From: Glycera tridactyla
Lineage: Eukaryota
DNA: 64,000 bases
Reading direction: 5' to 3'
Assembly (NCBI GenBank): GCA_965644265.1
Contig: OZ286464.1
Span: 35,650,001 to 35,714,000, forward strand
Shown here piece after piece: positions 12,101 to 25,291 of this stretch (its first letter is position 1; every line of letters starts with the position of its first letter). Under the pieces are notes generated by a model. It did not search any database and was not told the origin of the DNA. It saw only the letters and a list, made by a program, of their open reading frames with translations. A program made the position numbers and the translations under genes.

Positions 12101-14784
12101 ATTAGAGAACATTCTGTGTCATATGCTACGCGACATTCTCTTACATGGGATCGTTCTCCTTAATGAAATACGCCATGGTAGAGTTGTAAAACGTCTGGGT
12201 GAGGTTGCCCATGTGTGCCTCACATCCGGTGACATTTGCCGGCAGCTTCGGGACGGGATTCCCCGCCAGAATTGTCCCAACACCGATCCAGCACGTCAGA
12301 ATGAGGCTTGTATACAAACCCACTAAAGCACCCTGGTGGCAATGCAGGAAATCGTCATTGAGATAGGGAAAGCAGGTTGTTACCAGTGCTATTCAGTCAA
12401 CCACATATCATTTCCTAACTGTATGTGTCTGTCTGCCTACTTGTCTGTCCATCTGGCTCTCTCTACGATTCCCATCAGACTTCAACCTGCCCTAATCATA
12501 TATCCTCATTCTCCACCAGTCCACCCTAGTCATTGGAATCAAACTGTTCCACTCTCCACTGTGACAATCTGCCTGAACCCTTTTATATGAATTTTATGCA
12601 CTATGTAATGCTGGATGTCACCATTTTACCAAACATGGTTGACATTCCAAGATAGGGTAGCTACTTGTCATGGCTGTCTACAAAGACGTTGGTGGTTGGG
12701 AGAACTTTATTAAAAAAGACTTTCAGCAATGATAACTTACCCAGTGGTTGGCAATGGGGAAGAGGATGCCAAGTGTGAAGACACCCATGAGGGGACTGCC
12801 AATCATGCCAAAGAGACTGAGAGCGATTTGTGTGAGGATTGCACCCATGTGCTCCGACAACAGTGACATCAACATGATCAGCAAGCCGTACGTTACAGCT
12901 ACAATACAATATGCTCAATGGATTCTCTATCTTTATGTTCTCGAACACAATCAGGGGAGTCCTCAGTCCTTACCATATACTGACTTCAGTCATTGATGTT
13001 TCGGCTGAAGGACCACTATATTCATCTATGGATATATGTTCTACAAACTTGATGCAGTCCCTTGTTGCAAGGACTGTTCTTTGTCTGAAGCATTGGTGGA
13101 ACTGGCCTCATGCTTGTCACATAGTCAGCTGTACCACACATTAGTAATCTTGAGTATTTTATGTTGATAGAGTTGTGTCTGAATTGATGGCTACTTCAAC
13201 ACAAGCTTCCACGTTCCACATAATCTCATGTTCAAGGGTTGCAAGAGCAAGGCTCAAAGGGGAAAGAGCATCCATCTCTGAAAGTTGTAACATTTGGCAT
13301 ACATAAACCTTTGGTTTGATTCATGCCATAAAACTCGAATCATCCATTTGATCAACCACCCAGCAACCAGGCACCCCAGCCATTGTCTTCACAAGATGTA
13401 TTCAAGTATCTGCGAAGCTATCAGTGAAGTAGAGTGGAAACATCCTCCATGAAAAAAAGATTCTTTACATCATTACCTTCTCATACATCTTATATCGGAT
13501 GTTCAAAGTTCTCCCAAATGCCCATAATAGTGCCGGTGCAAGCAAGATACAACTGTAAACAGTTGCATCACAGTCACAGATTCCCAGAAAATATGGATCT
13601 GTCCATAGAAAGTGAGCACAAGATGATGGGAACCAGAAAGGGTGGCGAGTGATTATAGATCCTAAAATGGATCTGAATAAACCTATGTAAGTAGCCTTAC
13701 AATTTGAGGGCATAATCTGTGCTGCTGCTGGTCAGTTGGTTTGTTGGTTGGTTTGTTGTTTTTGTCCTGTGAGCATTTCCTGGGCTTATATTGAGGTGCC
13801 CATTCTATGGACATTGGTGGGACCATTCCAGACCCCCCCCCCTCCCCACAGGGTCCCAAACGGAAGGAGATTTCTCAAATTCACAGACACTCAAAGTATC
13901 ATCTCTGGTCCATGAAAATGCCACCTACCAAGGACTCTCACAATAACGGTACATGCACGTGAGGTGAAGTGCTTTCTTCGTAGTCTCTTGTAGGTTGGTT
14001 TGAGGAAATCTCCCAGAGTGACAGCTGCCAGGGCATTCACACCACCGGATATTGAACTGGAAGGAATGGTAGTGAGAAGGTCATCTCCGTCATGGCAAAA
14101 TGAATTATATGTTTGACTATTCTTGGTCTGTGAGTCAGCGTACTACTCAATGAACTGTAAGAGATGATCTTTATATGCCTACACTGTCGACCCATTTTGC
14201 TTCTTTGTCGTTCCTTTGAGTTCATCATGTATAGTACCGTTATCTTGTATGTTATAATTATTGAATCATGAATATATATAATGTTTCTCGAACGCCGAAG
14301 TGAGTGATGGAAAAATGTAGTTTAAATGTGACTAATAGCCTTTGTAGGGGCGAGACAATGTAACCATGATGTCGAGTATAGCCTTCGTTTTTCTTGTATT
14401 GTACGCATAACTGCTTTGAAATGTATGTCTATGATTACTTGTAAATATTGTTTTTCGCATGGTATTGTTTCATAGTTATGTATCTAGTCACAAAAAAAGT
14501 TACTCGTTACTTATTATTTATTATTATTATTAGTAGTATTATTATCATCATTACAACAGGACTACTGTTATCACTAATACCACTACTGATTCATGCACCT
14601 AGTGCAACTGTACATGTACTTACAGACGACTCACCTTAGACTGGCGCTGAGAGCTGCTGCGATGTACAATCCTGGTAATCCAGGATACTCTCCCATCACA
14701 TCCATCACAAATAGAGGTACTACCTGTGTATAAACACATCATCACACAGCCAGCAAGGATTGCACTCTCTCCACTCAATCATAT

Positions 14785-14816
<32 letters not shown>

Positions 14817-17109
14817 GGTAGTCATAATTGTCATTGTCGTCGTCATCTTCATCACCACCACCATGGTAGTCCTCATCGTCATTGTCGTCATCATTTTGCT
14901 TATTATTACCTGATCATTTTTGGCAGCACGTCCGGCAGCGAGAGGGTGACAAAACTGATAATAAGCAGTCAGCAAGACGGCTATCAACATTAGCAAGAGG
15001 GTGCAAGATGCAGACGTCAACGTAGACAATAGCCTCATCATTATTGTTCCTCATCATTTTTGTATGTAAGACCGAGGTCCAAATAGAATATATCCTGCCT
15101 ATTAAAATACCCCATCTATCTGAGCTATCTATTCGGCAGCCACATAATTCTGAGTTGGATATTTGATCAGAATCGGTTAAGCTTGGATTCGCATATTCAC
15201 ACTCTCATAGAAACTCAGGGACACAGAAACACACACACACGCGCACGCATGCACTAAGAGACATAGATCATCACCAAAATACACAAAGACATACACACCT
15301 GCATTCACGAATACAGATACATATACAGATAAGTGGAGATATACACAAGTCATCAACGAAATATCAGTACAGAGTTCTCTACTCACATTTGTCCCTGTTT
15401 GGCACTCTTTGCGCTAAGAAACTTCTGAATAACAGTCTGGTTTGATGCGTGGAGAGTCATTTGGATCAAAGCGTCACCTATGCACTGCGTCCAGAATGTT
15501 GTCCGGATGAACGGGTTTGGAATAAACCTGAATACAGGTGAGTAGAAGCATTTTTGCATGTTGGCCTGTCAGCTGGCCAGTAACTTAACAAGTATGAGCA
15601 GTAATAGACTAGTTTATGTAGACTGTGGAAGGTTGTTGGCAAGACTTCGCCTGTGAAGACACGCCCATGCAATCTGCATGGGTTGCATCATTCAAAAATT
15701 CTCTTCCTAGGTCCCTGAAAGGTGATATGACATTCATATGACATTCATACACTACAGGTACTATCAACATATCATGACCACAAGATGAGCTTCTTTGAGA
15801 TGCCAATTTAAATTCAAATTCAAATTCGAACATACTTTATTTCAACTCGTAAACATATATACATATATCCGCAATTTGCTCGTCGAGCTTTATCCAGCGG
15901 TAATGAGTGGTTAGTATAAATGAAAAAAACATGTGGTTAGTAATACCCATAGTCGGTCAAATGATCAAAAGAAAAAATTGATCTTGGATATTATATTCAA
16001 ATGTACAGATAAAAATAGATGAAAATATATGGTTACAGTATATACAAAAATACATGAAAATATGATGAGCATGGATGAGATCCTTCTCCAACATTGTCGC
16101 TTACTGCCGCGACATGTCCTACATGATCTTGCCTTCAATTCTTTCTTTTCATCAATAGCTTCTCTGCAATCATCATTGAACAATTGTTTGGTGACTGGAC
16201 CATTGTAAGAAGAGTGACAGTTACATTGCAGTAGGACTTTCATGGTTTCGGATCAAATTTCACAAATGCCCATTTTGTTGCCTCGTCCTGTGCATCTGGA
16301 AACAAAATAATGCATAAGGAGGGGTAGCTTGTTTTGTTTGTTTATTCCGGTTTGGTGTTTTCTCAACCTTCTTGGGTCATATCCAACAGAAAAACAGAAA
16401 ATGCCGAAGAAAAGAGGCACTNNNNNNNNNNNNNNNNNNNNNNNNNNNNNNNNNNNNNNNNNNNNNNNNNNNNNNNNNNNNNNNNNNNNNNNNNNNNNNN
16501 NNNNNNNNNNNNNNNNNNNNNNNNNNNNNNNNNNNNNNNNNNNNNNNNNNAGTTGGAAAAGGCTCAACCAAGCAGTGGCATTCTTGAGCTGATGGAATGT
16601 GTTAAGCACACCATATTGCAAACCACCACATTTGGATTTTTCACATACTTGGCATACGTGAGTCTGCCCTGCTGGCCAGCGATATCAAAGGCACAAGCGA
16701 TGCCACCAACTTTGATGAAGCCGAAGATTATGAGGGTGATGATGGCTATCAACATGATGATCATCTGGAAGACGTCATTCCAGATCGTTGCCTTCATACC
16801 ACCCTACAACCAGCACGCCTGTGGTGCCAGTGGTGGTGGTGTTGGTGGTGGTATTAGCGGTGGTGGTGAGGTTCGTGAGGACAGACAGANNNNNNNNNNN
16901 NNNNNNNNNNNNNNNNNNNNNNNNNNNNNNNNNNNNNNNNNNNNNNNNNNNNNNNNNNNNNNNNNNNNNNNNNNNNNNNNNNNNNNNNNNNNNNNNNNNN
17001 NNNNNNNNNNNNNNNNNNNNNNNNNNNNNNNNNNNNNNNNNNNNNNNNNNNNNNNNNNNNNNNNNNNNNNNNNNNNNNNNNNNNNNNNNNNNNNNNNNNN
17101 NNAATAAAT

Positions 17110-17720
17110 GTTGTGATGACATCTGCAATTAGGATTGCTTCTTTTCTACAAAAGGTAGGAATGGGTGAGATGTCACTTGTGTCCTATCCTGAGATGTGCA
17201 AGAACTATCTCTTTTTTCTATCCAGGGCTCTTACTGGGCATTTGTCTTCCAGTTTCGGACTGATCAAACATGATTCATCCTGTTTTTCTGTTGCCGTCTA
17301 TTCTGCCAGAGTTGCTCAATACAAAGCCTTATTCATGGTTGGTAGTCTGAAATATGGATATCCATCACGGTGATTGGCCACTTAATCAGCTGCTTCCTTT
17401 CCAGGAATTCCAATATGGCTTGGAGTCCAACCAAGGCGAACTGTCTTCTGATGATTATTTGATACTCTTCCCAAATCCACAAGATTTTACAGTTCTTCAG
17501 ATTCCCTTGCAAAGCCCGTAGAGATGATAGAGAATCTGAAGATTACAAACGTTTGTTTCTCTGATCTTGATATGTGTTGGAAAGCCATAGGTAAGGGCCT
17601 CAGTTCAGCTGTTGAACAATCAGGTAACCTACACTAATAGGTCTGTGATTTGACATGTACAGTTGCAGATGCTTTCCTGCCACATTCGTATCCATCAATG
17701 AAGATGTACATACCTTTTTC
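17110..17720 (-). mobile_element. Decayed I-group LINE RNase H fragment in an intron of copy 1
   Basis: Minus-strand remnants YIFIDG, WTPSHIGIPGKEAAD, EIVLAHLRIGH and LTHSYL; a short related piece lies at ~28230-28330. Confidence 0.8.
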
Positions 17721-18322
17721 TTATTGATATGATGTATGATGACGCCATCCTTGAGTTACCTTGTGTACAGTATGTTATGTTCATGTTGTACAGTATGTCC
17801 GTTCTGTTCTTTTTACACATTATGTTTTTACGTTCTGTTCCCTGTTATGTTATCCTGTATTGTCGAGTGAATTTGTAAATGTGTATTTGCATTCAAAGGA
17901 CGGACGACATGGTCAGTGACCTCCCTCCTGCGAGTCTAAACAAACTCTTTCAAACTCGAACTCTATGTGGACTGAATTGGACTCTGGACTGAAATGTCGC
18001 CATCTGTGATATTGGGAGTGTGTTGAAGTCACAAAATCCAAAATCATTTTCCAAACTCTATTTCAAGGGTAGGTGAGGTGAGGACTAGTTGGCCTCCCTG
18101 AAGACTTTCAGTAGTTAATGGCTAAAAGGCTATGCGGCAGATGCTTGAAGCTTATAAGATTATTAACTACATGAAGCATTTTGAGGAGAGATGGGCCAGC
18201 AGACCCTCAAATCATACACCTGTAACTGAATTTAGATTGGATATGTGATTCGTAAACCATGAGCAAGATCTCCTGACCAGCTCCCCAGTCCGGGTGGGAA
18301 AGCACCTTCAGCATATCAAGTG

Positions 18323-18620
18323 CTTTTGTTTGTTTTGTTTTGGGTTTAACGTCACGTCAGCTCCATCTGGGCTATATTGTGACGCCCATGCAATGGGCAT
18401 GGGTGAGATCATTCAAGACTCCTCCTTCTGGATCCCCAACAGAAGGCGAAAATTTATGAAATTCAGACACTCAAGTGTCATTTCTGTTATCAAAGATGTT
18501 GACCGTGGTGTTACCATGTGAACACAGGATCCATTCACATAGCTTCCACTAGGTCAGTTATTTTAGGCCATTGTGTTACGCAGCGAACATGGGATCAGTT
18601 GACTGGCCTCCACTTGGCCG
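18323..18620 (-). mobile_element. SINE-A long form (intronic)
   Basis: Aligns end to end with 54624-54924, including the 5' extension ccggc(c/t)aagtggaggccagt. Confidence 0.8.
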
Positions 18621-18953
18621 GATGCTTTGAGCATTTGACTTTGAGATGCTGAATATGTGTTTTAAATTGTCAACCAGGCCTGGTTTGCTTCACTACTGGT
18701 GTAACAGATACATCCGGAAAGAACTCAGGTCCTTCAGGATGCCCTGTTGATCTACGGAAATGCATGCAAACTGTTTTGGTACTAGGAGATGTGGAGCCAT
18801 TCTCATCACCGATTCATGGAGTGCGGGGGTGCTGGAGTCCTCTCCACTACATGAACTTGTCCAGCGAATAAGAAAGTCATCTAGATGTAAAGAGCAATTT
18901 GTGTCTTGGGAGAGGCATTCAGCAATACTATTCACTTTGACGCTAAAAGTGCA

Positions 18954-18999
<46 letters not shown>

Positions 19000-20264
19000 C
19001 AGAAGGTCTGATGGTTGGTTAGTTGGTTATGGTTTAAAGTCAGGTCAGCGCCATCTGGGCTATATTGTGACGCCCATGTAATGGGCATCGTTGGGATCTT
19101 CCAAGACTCCTCCTTCTGGGTCCCAAACGGAAGGTGTAAATTTATGGAATTCACAGACTCTCAAGGTGCCCTTTCTGTGATGCCCACTTAGTCGCCTCTT
19201 GCGACACGTAGAAAAACAATCACGCAGAAAGAGGGAAAGAAAGAACGAAAGAGAGACAGACAGACAGACAGACGATAGGATGGCTAGACAGACACGAGAG
19301 ACAGAGACAGACATTTTACTCACCCTGTGCTAGTTCCAATGATGGCGTGTAAAGCACCACACCCATGTATATAAACTGCAATAGATATAAGCATATCTAA
19401 AATACTTATTACCTATTATATACTTATTTTATATTATTCCTTGCGCTAGGTACTCATAATGCCATTGCTCATCCGATCTATGATGCTCAACTATGTATGT
19501 CAGTATTTTCTGATGTTTACGAAAACGTTAAGTTGGTATATTTTGTGCAATGCCACCAGCCCAAGAAAGGTACACATTATCCGCTAATTCACTATGCTCT
19601 TAGTACATATGTGATACCAGGAGTATGAGTCCTATGAGACTCCATCTTTCGCTCTTAGAGTTGAAGTGATGATCAACATGTTTTTTAATAGGTGAATGCG
19701 CCTTGATAACAAGGTAGAAGTTCCAGTATAAATTTGTATGATGTCACATCCGCCATCTGCGATCTCTCTTGTCTTTATCTTATTAGTTAAGATTGTTATT
19801 TTACCGTCTTTGCCCGAAACCCGATCATGATGAAATTACAATGCATTTGATACTTTTCTGAAAATTCAATAGTCATACATCAACAAAGTTGGATTTCTTG
19901 TTTGAGCATGTGAAATATGTTCAGAAATTTCCATTCCATGTGATTGTGATGAGTTCAAGAGCTGTCTCAAGATTGCTGATCGAGTGGCTGAACCCAGACG
20001 TTCATATACCTTATGATGGATACAACAGAACAGACTGCTGGATGGTGAATGACAGTACTCATTACTGTCCAATGCTGTCCCCTCCTTCATGGTATTGGAA
20101 CACTCACCACGATGAATGAGAACAGAGCGGCACCTATCGTTCTGACTGTACGACTGAACCGCTTCTCTAGATACTGAAAGTGAAGAAATGATAATTATAT
20201 ATGTTCTTGTGATGATGATATCATGTCCACCGAAGCATCTTATGTGACTATTTTATGTGGGGAG

Positions 20265-20560
20265 CTGCGTGGTGTAGTAGTAGCGTCTTCACACTCAACC
20301 CAAATGTAGAACAGCTGTTACACTGGCAGGGTTGTGAGGACACATTACTGGTATGGGTTTGTCATACACTACACCAATAGTCACAGACTACATCAGTGGT
20401 CTGCCCCCCCCCCCGTCGTTCAGCTCTAAATACAGAAACAGGCATGAGCTACACACCACCAGGGCTGAATGATGGTGTGAGCGCCTATCTGGGATCTGAA
20501 AACAATGGTCCTAGGTTAGCAGTGGCGCTATAATAAGTGACTACAAAAACCAGCTACAAT
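20265..20560 (+). mobile_element. Degenerate tRNA-SINE-like element
   Basis: Head ggggagctgcgtggtgtagtagtagcg has an A-box-like motif; tail is gtggcgctataataagtg; no B box seen. Confidence 0.3.
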
Positions 20561-21792
20561 GATACACCTCCTCAGCATACAGACACATGCGAGCACAAGA
20601 GAGGAGGTTCAAAATTCAATCACAGGCAGAGGGTTGCGCCCAGCCAAGATTAGACCAATCACCCATAAATAGCTAACAGCAGCACTGGGAAGATCAGAAC
20701 CTTCAGGGTCCGGCAGTGGTACTGGACTGAGATCAGTCAAACGAACAAACAAACAAACAAACTATAGTCGTCCAAGCTTTTTGTGAATACAGTTATTTCA
20801 ATTTTTAGAAAAAATAGCTTTGCCAAAGACATTACTATGAATACCCCAACCACTGTTGAATACTAATATAATGAACGCAATAATAAGGCTAAATACAAGG
20901 ACACATAACTCTAAAATGTGTGGATTAATCGGCATGAAAATGGTGTTTTGCACACCTACACTTCATGGTGATAACATATTTCATGTTTCAATCCAATAGT
21001 TTAAGAAATGTAGAAGTATTTCGGTTCACAAACTTTTTGCAGACAGACCAACCGACCAACTGACAGAGTGACTCCAGTATACCCTGCCCAAACTTTGTTT
21101 GATAAGGGTATGATCAGCATGATAATAATATTGTCGATGACGATGGTGATGAAATCATATACTAGGCATTAGCCAACTTTGCTCAAGTATTTGACTGTTG
21201 GGTGGATTGCTGTGTATAATTTTCATCGAGTGAAATAAATTAGGCCTACATGTTTAGGTGAGATAATATGAGGGCAAAGTTCAGTTCAATAAATCTCACG
21301 TCTATAGGAAAGCTAACACTACGTTACAACCTGGGAGACATGTCAGAAGCCGTTCACACATCTTGGTAACATAAAAAAGCCACGCAACATGGCACACAGA
21401 CCTCACCGTATCTGTACAAACCTTGGCCCTGCTCCTCTGGATACTGAGAGCAAAATAGTAATAATGACGATATTAATAATGATGATGATAATAATAATTT
21501 TGATAATAATAAAAATGATAAATGAAAAAAAAAAAATAGTAACAATGTTCTTGTTTGATGATCGCTAGAGTGGCTGCAAACATAGTTAAGGATAATACGC
21601 ACTATTTGAAAATCCCATGGAAGCATGATTGCTCATTTAGATCACCAGATGAATTTTCTATCAAAATATTTGTGTTTCACCGTGGATAATTCCAGGTATC
21701 GTCATATCATCTGGTGGCATTTTTTTTCAAGTTTTCTTGGATGTACCAACACCAATAAATAGCATCGTAATTGTGATTGAGATCACTTTTTT

Positions 21793-22419
21793 GTTGATAT
21801 CTCACTTCATATGGACAGACGACAAAGCAAGAAATCATACAGCATACAACCATTCTCTTTTATCACCAAAAACTTGCTCAAATGTGTACATAGATGTCGG
21901 TAATTGCATGAAAAATGGCGGAAAAACTTTTAATTTTTGCAATAAGTACAAATTTAACCATCGACACTGCTTCAAACTACCCTGGTAGGTAGATCATATC
22001 AAGTGTAGTCATATATGAAAAAAATCATCACAGGTCACAGTGGAATTTTTCCAAAATTCACCCTTTAACGACTGGATTTGTCAAAAAAACGGATTTATCA
22101 TCCATGGTGATTGTTGATATTTCACTTCATATGGACAGACGACACAGCAAGAAATCATACAGCATACAACCATTCTCTTTTATCACCAAAAACTTGCTCA
22201 AATATGTACATAGATGTCGGCAATTGCATGAAAAATGGCGGAAAAACTTGCAATAAGTAAAAATTTAACCATTGACACTGCTTCAAACTACCCTGGTAGG
22301 TAGATCATATCAAGTGTAGTTATATATGAAAAAAGTCATCACAGGTCACTATGGAATTTATTTGCAAAATCACCCTCTAACGACAGGATTTATCAAAAAA
22401 CGAATTCATCATCCATGGT
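21793..22419. repeat. Tandem duplication of a 320-bp unit within a composite non-autonomous element region (~21600-23420)
   Basis: Units start at 21793 and 22113 (gttgatat.tcacttcatatggacagacgac...) and are nearly identical; nearby aaaattcaagatggcc motifs recur. Confidence 0.85.
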
Positions 22420-25223
22420 CCTAAGTTATTCTAGACAATTCCATACAAATATACACTGAAAATAATCATTTTTTTATAAATACAGATTTCTGTATTTGCT
22501 TCTTCGGTTTTCTTTCCAGTATTTGAGGTTGGAAAAAATCTGTATACCAAGTTTTGGAAGGCTAGCCCTGGAACTTTTGAAGTTATGGCCCGAAAACCAT
22601 TCTGACCTTTTTGCACTCAGTGACATCGAAAATTCAAGACGGCCATCCAAAAAACAATAGGTGACTTGCTATACCCTGTGAGAGTCTGTACATCAAGATT
22701 AAGTAGGCTAGCCCTTGAACTTTTGAAGTTATAGTCCGGAAACTATTTTAACCTTTTTGCCCTCAGTGACCTCGCACGAAAACCACAATCAAACTGCACT
22801 CTGATCTGAAAGTGCAGATCCTAGAAGATAGACGTAGAGAACATGAAATAGTGCATGATAAGAAAGAGCTGGCGGGAATGTTTAAATCTGATGCAATATG
22901 TGTGTTAAACGAATTTGATCACGAGCATCAGACACGATCACGCAACAAAAGCCTCGTAAAACATGAAAAAGTTAAATATAAAATGAGTGAAAAAAACATA
23001 CGCATCAGATGAGCTAGATCATGGAATAAACACATTGAAAAATTCCGAGACACAGCCGACATTGACATGCAGTCTTTCAAAAACTTTATGAAAGAATTCC
23101 GATTTTTGGATTAGATGAAAAATGTCTATTATATCATATGTACAACCAACTATCAGCAATTATGTCGAGTGAATCATCAAACCGGGTCAGAGTCAATCAT
23201 CCCATCATCAAGCATCTCACTTTCATTCCATTCCGTCCATTACCATCTGTAAATAGCATCCACATTCATATGATCGTATTTGATTTGTATGTGATTTTTC
23301 TGTTTTCGTCATCCTGGAGATGTATGCCATTATTGCAACCAAATGTAAATGACAAGCCTGAATAAACTGTTAAAAACAAAAACCTTGAAAATTCAAGATG
23401 GCCGCCCAGAAAACAATAGGTGTCATGCTATAGTCTGGCAGAGTCCGGCCACCAAGTTTCAGAGTTATTATCCGTAACCATCATTTACCTCCCAGAGTGT
23501 CCTAACTAGCCAACAGATGTCAGTGCTACACGAGTAGTTCTTTTGTTTGCCACCAGGTGCTGCTTACAGTTTGTGGGTTTTATCTTTAAATCATCGAAAG
23601 TAGAATCTTACTGAAAGAGAAGAGAGAAGCTTTTCAGAAACAATTGGTGATCAGCAATTTTCACCGACTTCATGCAAACATTCTCTTATAGCATGCTGCG
23701 TAATACTTCCTGGTAAAATCTGGGTGAGTGTTCCTGTAATTGAGATCTTTGGGATCCTAAGTTGGTACCACCTACCTCGTATCCACTGGTGACTTTGAGT
23801 CGGTAAAAGACAGGCAAGTAAACATAGGCAGCGGTGAGATCTCCGACGATGAAGGCACACACATAGTAAACAGACTCGATACCGTAGATGTACATTTCGG
23901 CAGGGAAACTCAAAACAAAGATGGCAGAGAGGAAGGAGGCCATTATAGAGAGACCAACAGGTGCCCAGTGCATTGTGCTGCCTCCAGAAATAGGCATCAA
24001 TATTAGGCTGATCAGCAAGATTAGGTATATAGCTGAACAGAGGTATTATAAAAAAGTTGATGATGAAGGAAAAGAAGGGGGAAGAATGTGTGTAAGGTTT
24101 TCTGGTGGTTGCGAATGATATACACGGCGCAGCTCGAATGATTTACAAGGTGTGTCAATTCTCACTATTATGGATATTATGGACATTGCTTGAGTTCTTG
24201 TTCCACATTTTCCCAATCTAGATTCGGCAATGAACACCTTGGAAAGGTCATAGTTTGATAGTGAAGTTGGAATAACGAAGGTACTAGGATGCAGATCATT
24301 TAATGGTCTGAAGAGATCACCCATCAAGAGTGGCGCCGAATTGGTTGGTTGGTTGATGTGATATGAGTAAATTCGAGCCTGGATTATATTAACTGAAAGA
24401 AAATCAGACAATAATACAAAGTCCCATGTGGAGATCATCAACATTATTTTCACCCAAAGATAGAGGAGTGAAGGGCTTTGAAAGATAAATAAGGACAGTA
24501 CCTGTGAGAAAGTCAGCTTGGCTGCTATTTTTCTTCATCCTCCACCCAGAGACAACTCCGACCAGGGCAAAAGCGATCAGACATGCTCCAGCCACCAGAT
24601 AGTCAGCCCAGTGAAGGACAGCACTCGGCACAATGATGACGATAGCAAGACCAGGATGAAATCACCACTGCAAAAGTCAAGTTGTCTTTCAAGCCACTAA
24701 GATGTCACACTCCAAGCGAACATGCACCACAAATTTGCTGAACTACAGGATTCCCCTTGATGTAATATGATTAGAATGGTTGCTGGCTTTTTGTTTTGGT
24801 GCAATGGTCTTCCAACCTCACTGGAAAATAGACTGAAATGCTGGAGAAAGGGGGCAGTGCTGCAATGGACGATCCACAAATTCGTGAAATCACAATAGTT
24901 CGGTTTGGTTGATTGTTTGACTGATAGTGTGGAATGACATCCTGGAACAAAGTTTATTAATTTATAATGATAAATGTTGATTCATTTATGATTGTTTTTG
25001 AGAGATCCTTATAAAAAAAGTAACATAGGCAACGACTGACGACCCCCCATCATGAAAACAGTGATTATAATTTTTTGGCTCCACAGATCTCCCCGATTTT
25101 TTTGGTATAAAGACTCAACAAGTGTTGGAACTGTATGGCAATGATGGTTTATCAGTCCTGATTGTTTGAAAAAGTGACCCTATCTGCCACTTTTTGACCA
25201 CAATTTGGGAGAATTGGCCATAT

Positions 25224-25231
<8 letters not shown>

Positions 25232-25289
<58 letters not shown>
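25232..25289. repeat. (AT)29 microsatellite
   Basis: Direct read. Confidence 0.95.

Positions 25290-25291
<2 letters not shown>

Larger units (their letters stand above)
8722..24634 (-). pseudogene. SLC5A8-like symporter, copy 1: tandem paralog with start-codon and splice-acceptor lesions (probable pseudogene)
   Basis: Homologous exons: 24502-24634, 23776-23984, 20108-20173, 19324-19375, exon 5 not seen, 16649-16803, 15387-15527, 14910-15033, 14635-14723, 13929-14056, 12741-12898, 12145-12332, 11194-11294, 10381-10505, 8722-8898. No stop or frameshift inside the visible exons. However, ATG is replaced by ATT (24632-24634), the exon-2 acceptor AG is TG, and a net 21-nt deletion removes the exon-8 acceptor. 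The homology is certain; pseudogene status is inferred. Confidence 0.8.

Noticed and set aside
24404-24631. ORF-track start MPSAVLHW
   Set aside because: The codon is GTG; the position homologous to the copy-2 ATG is ATT, so this is not a canonical start.
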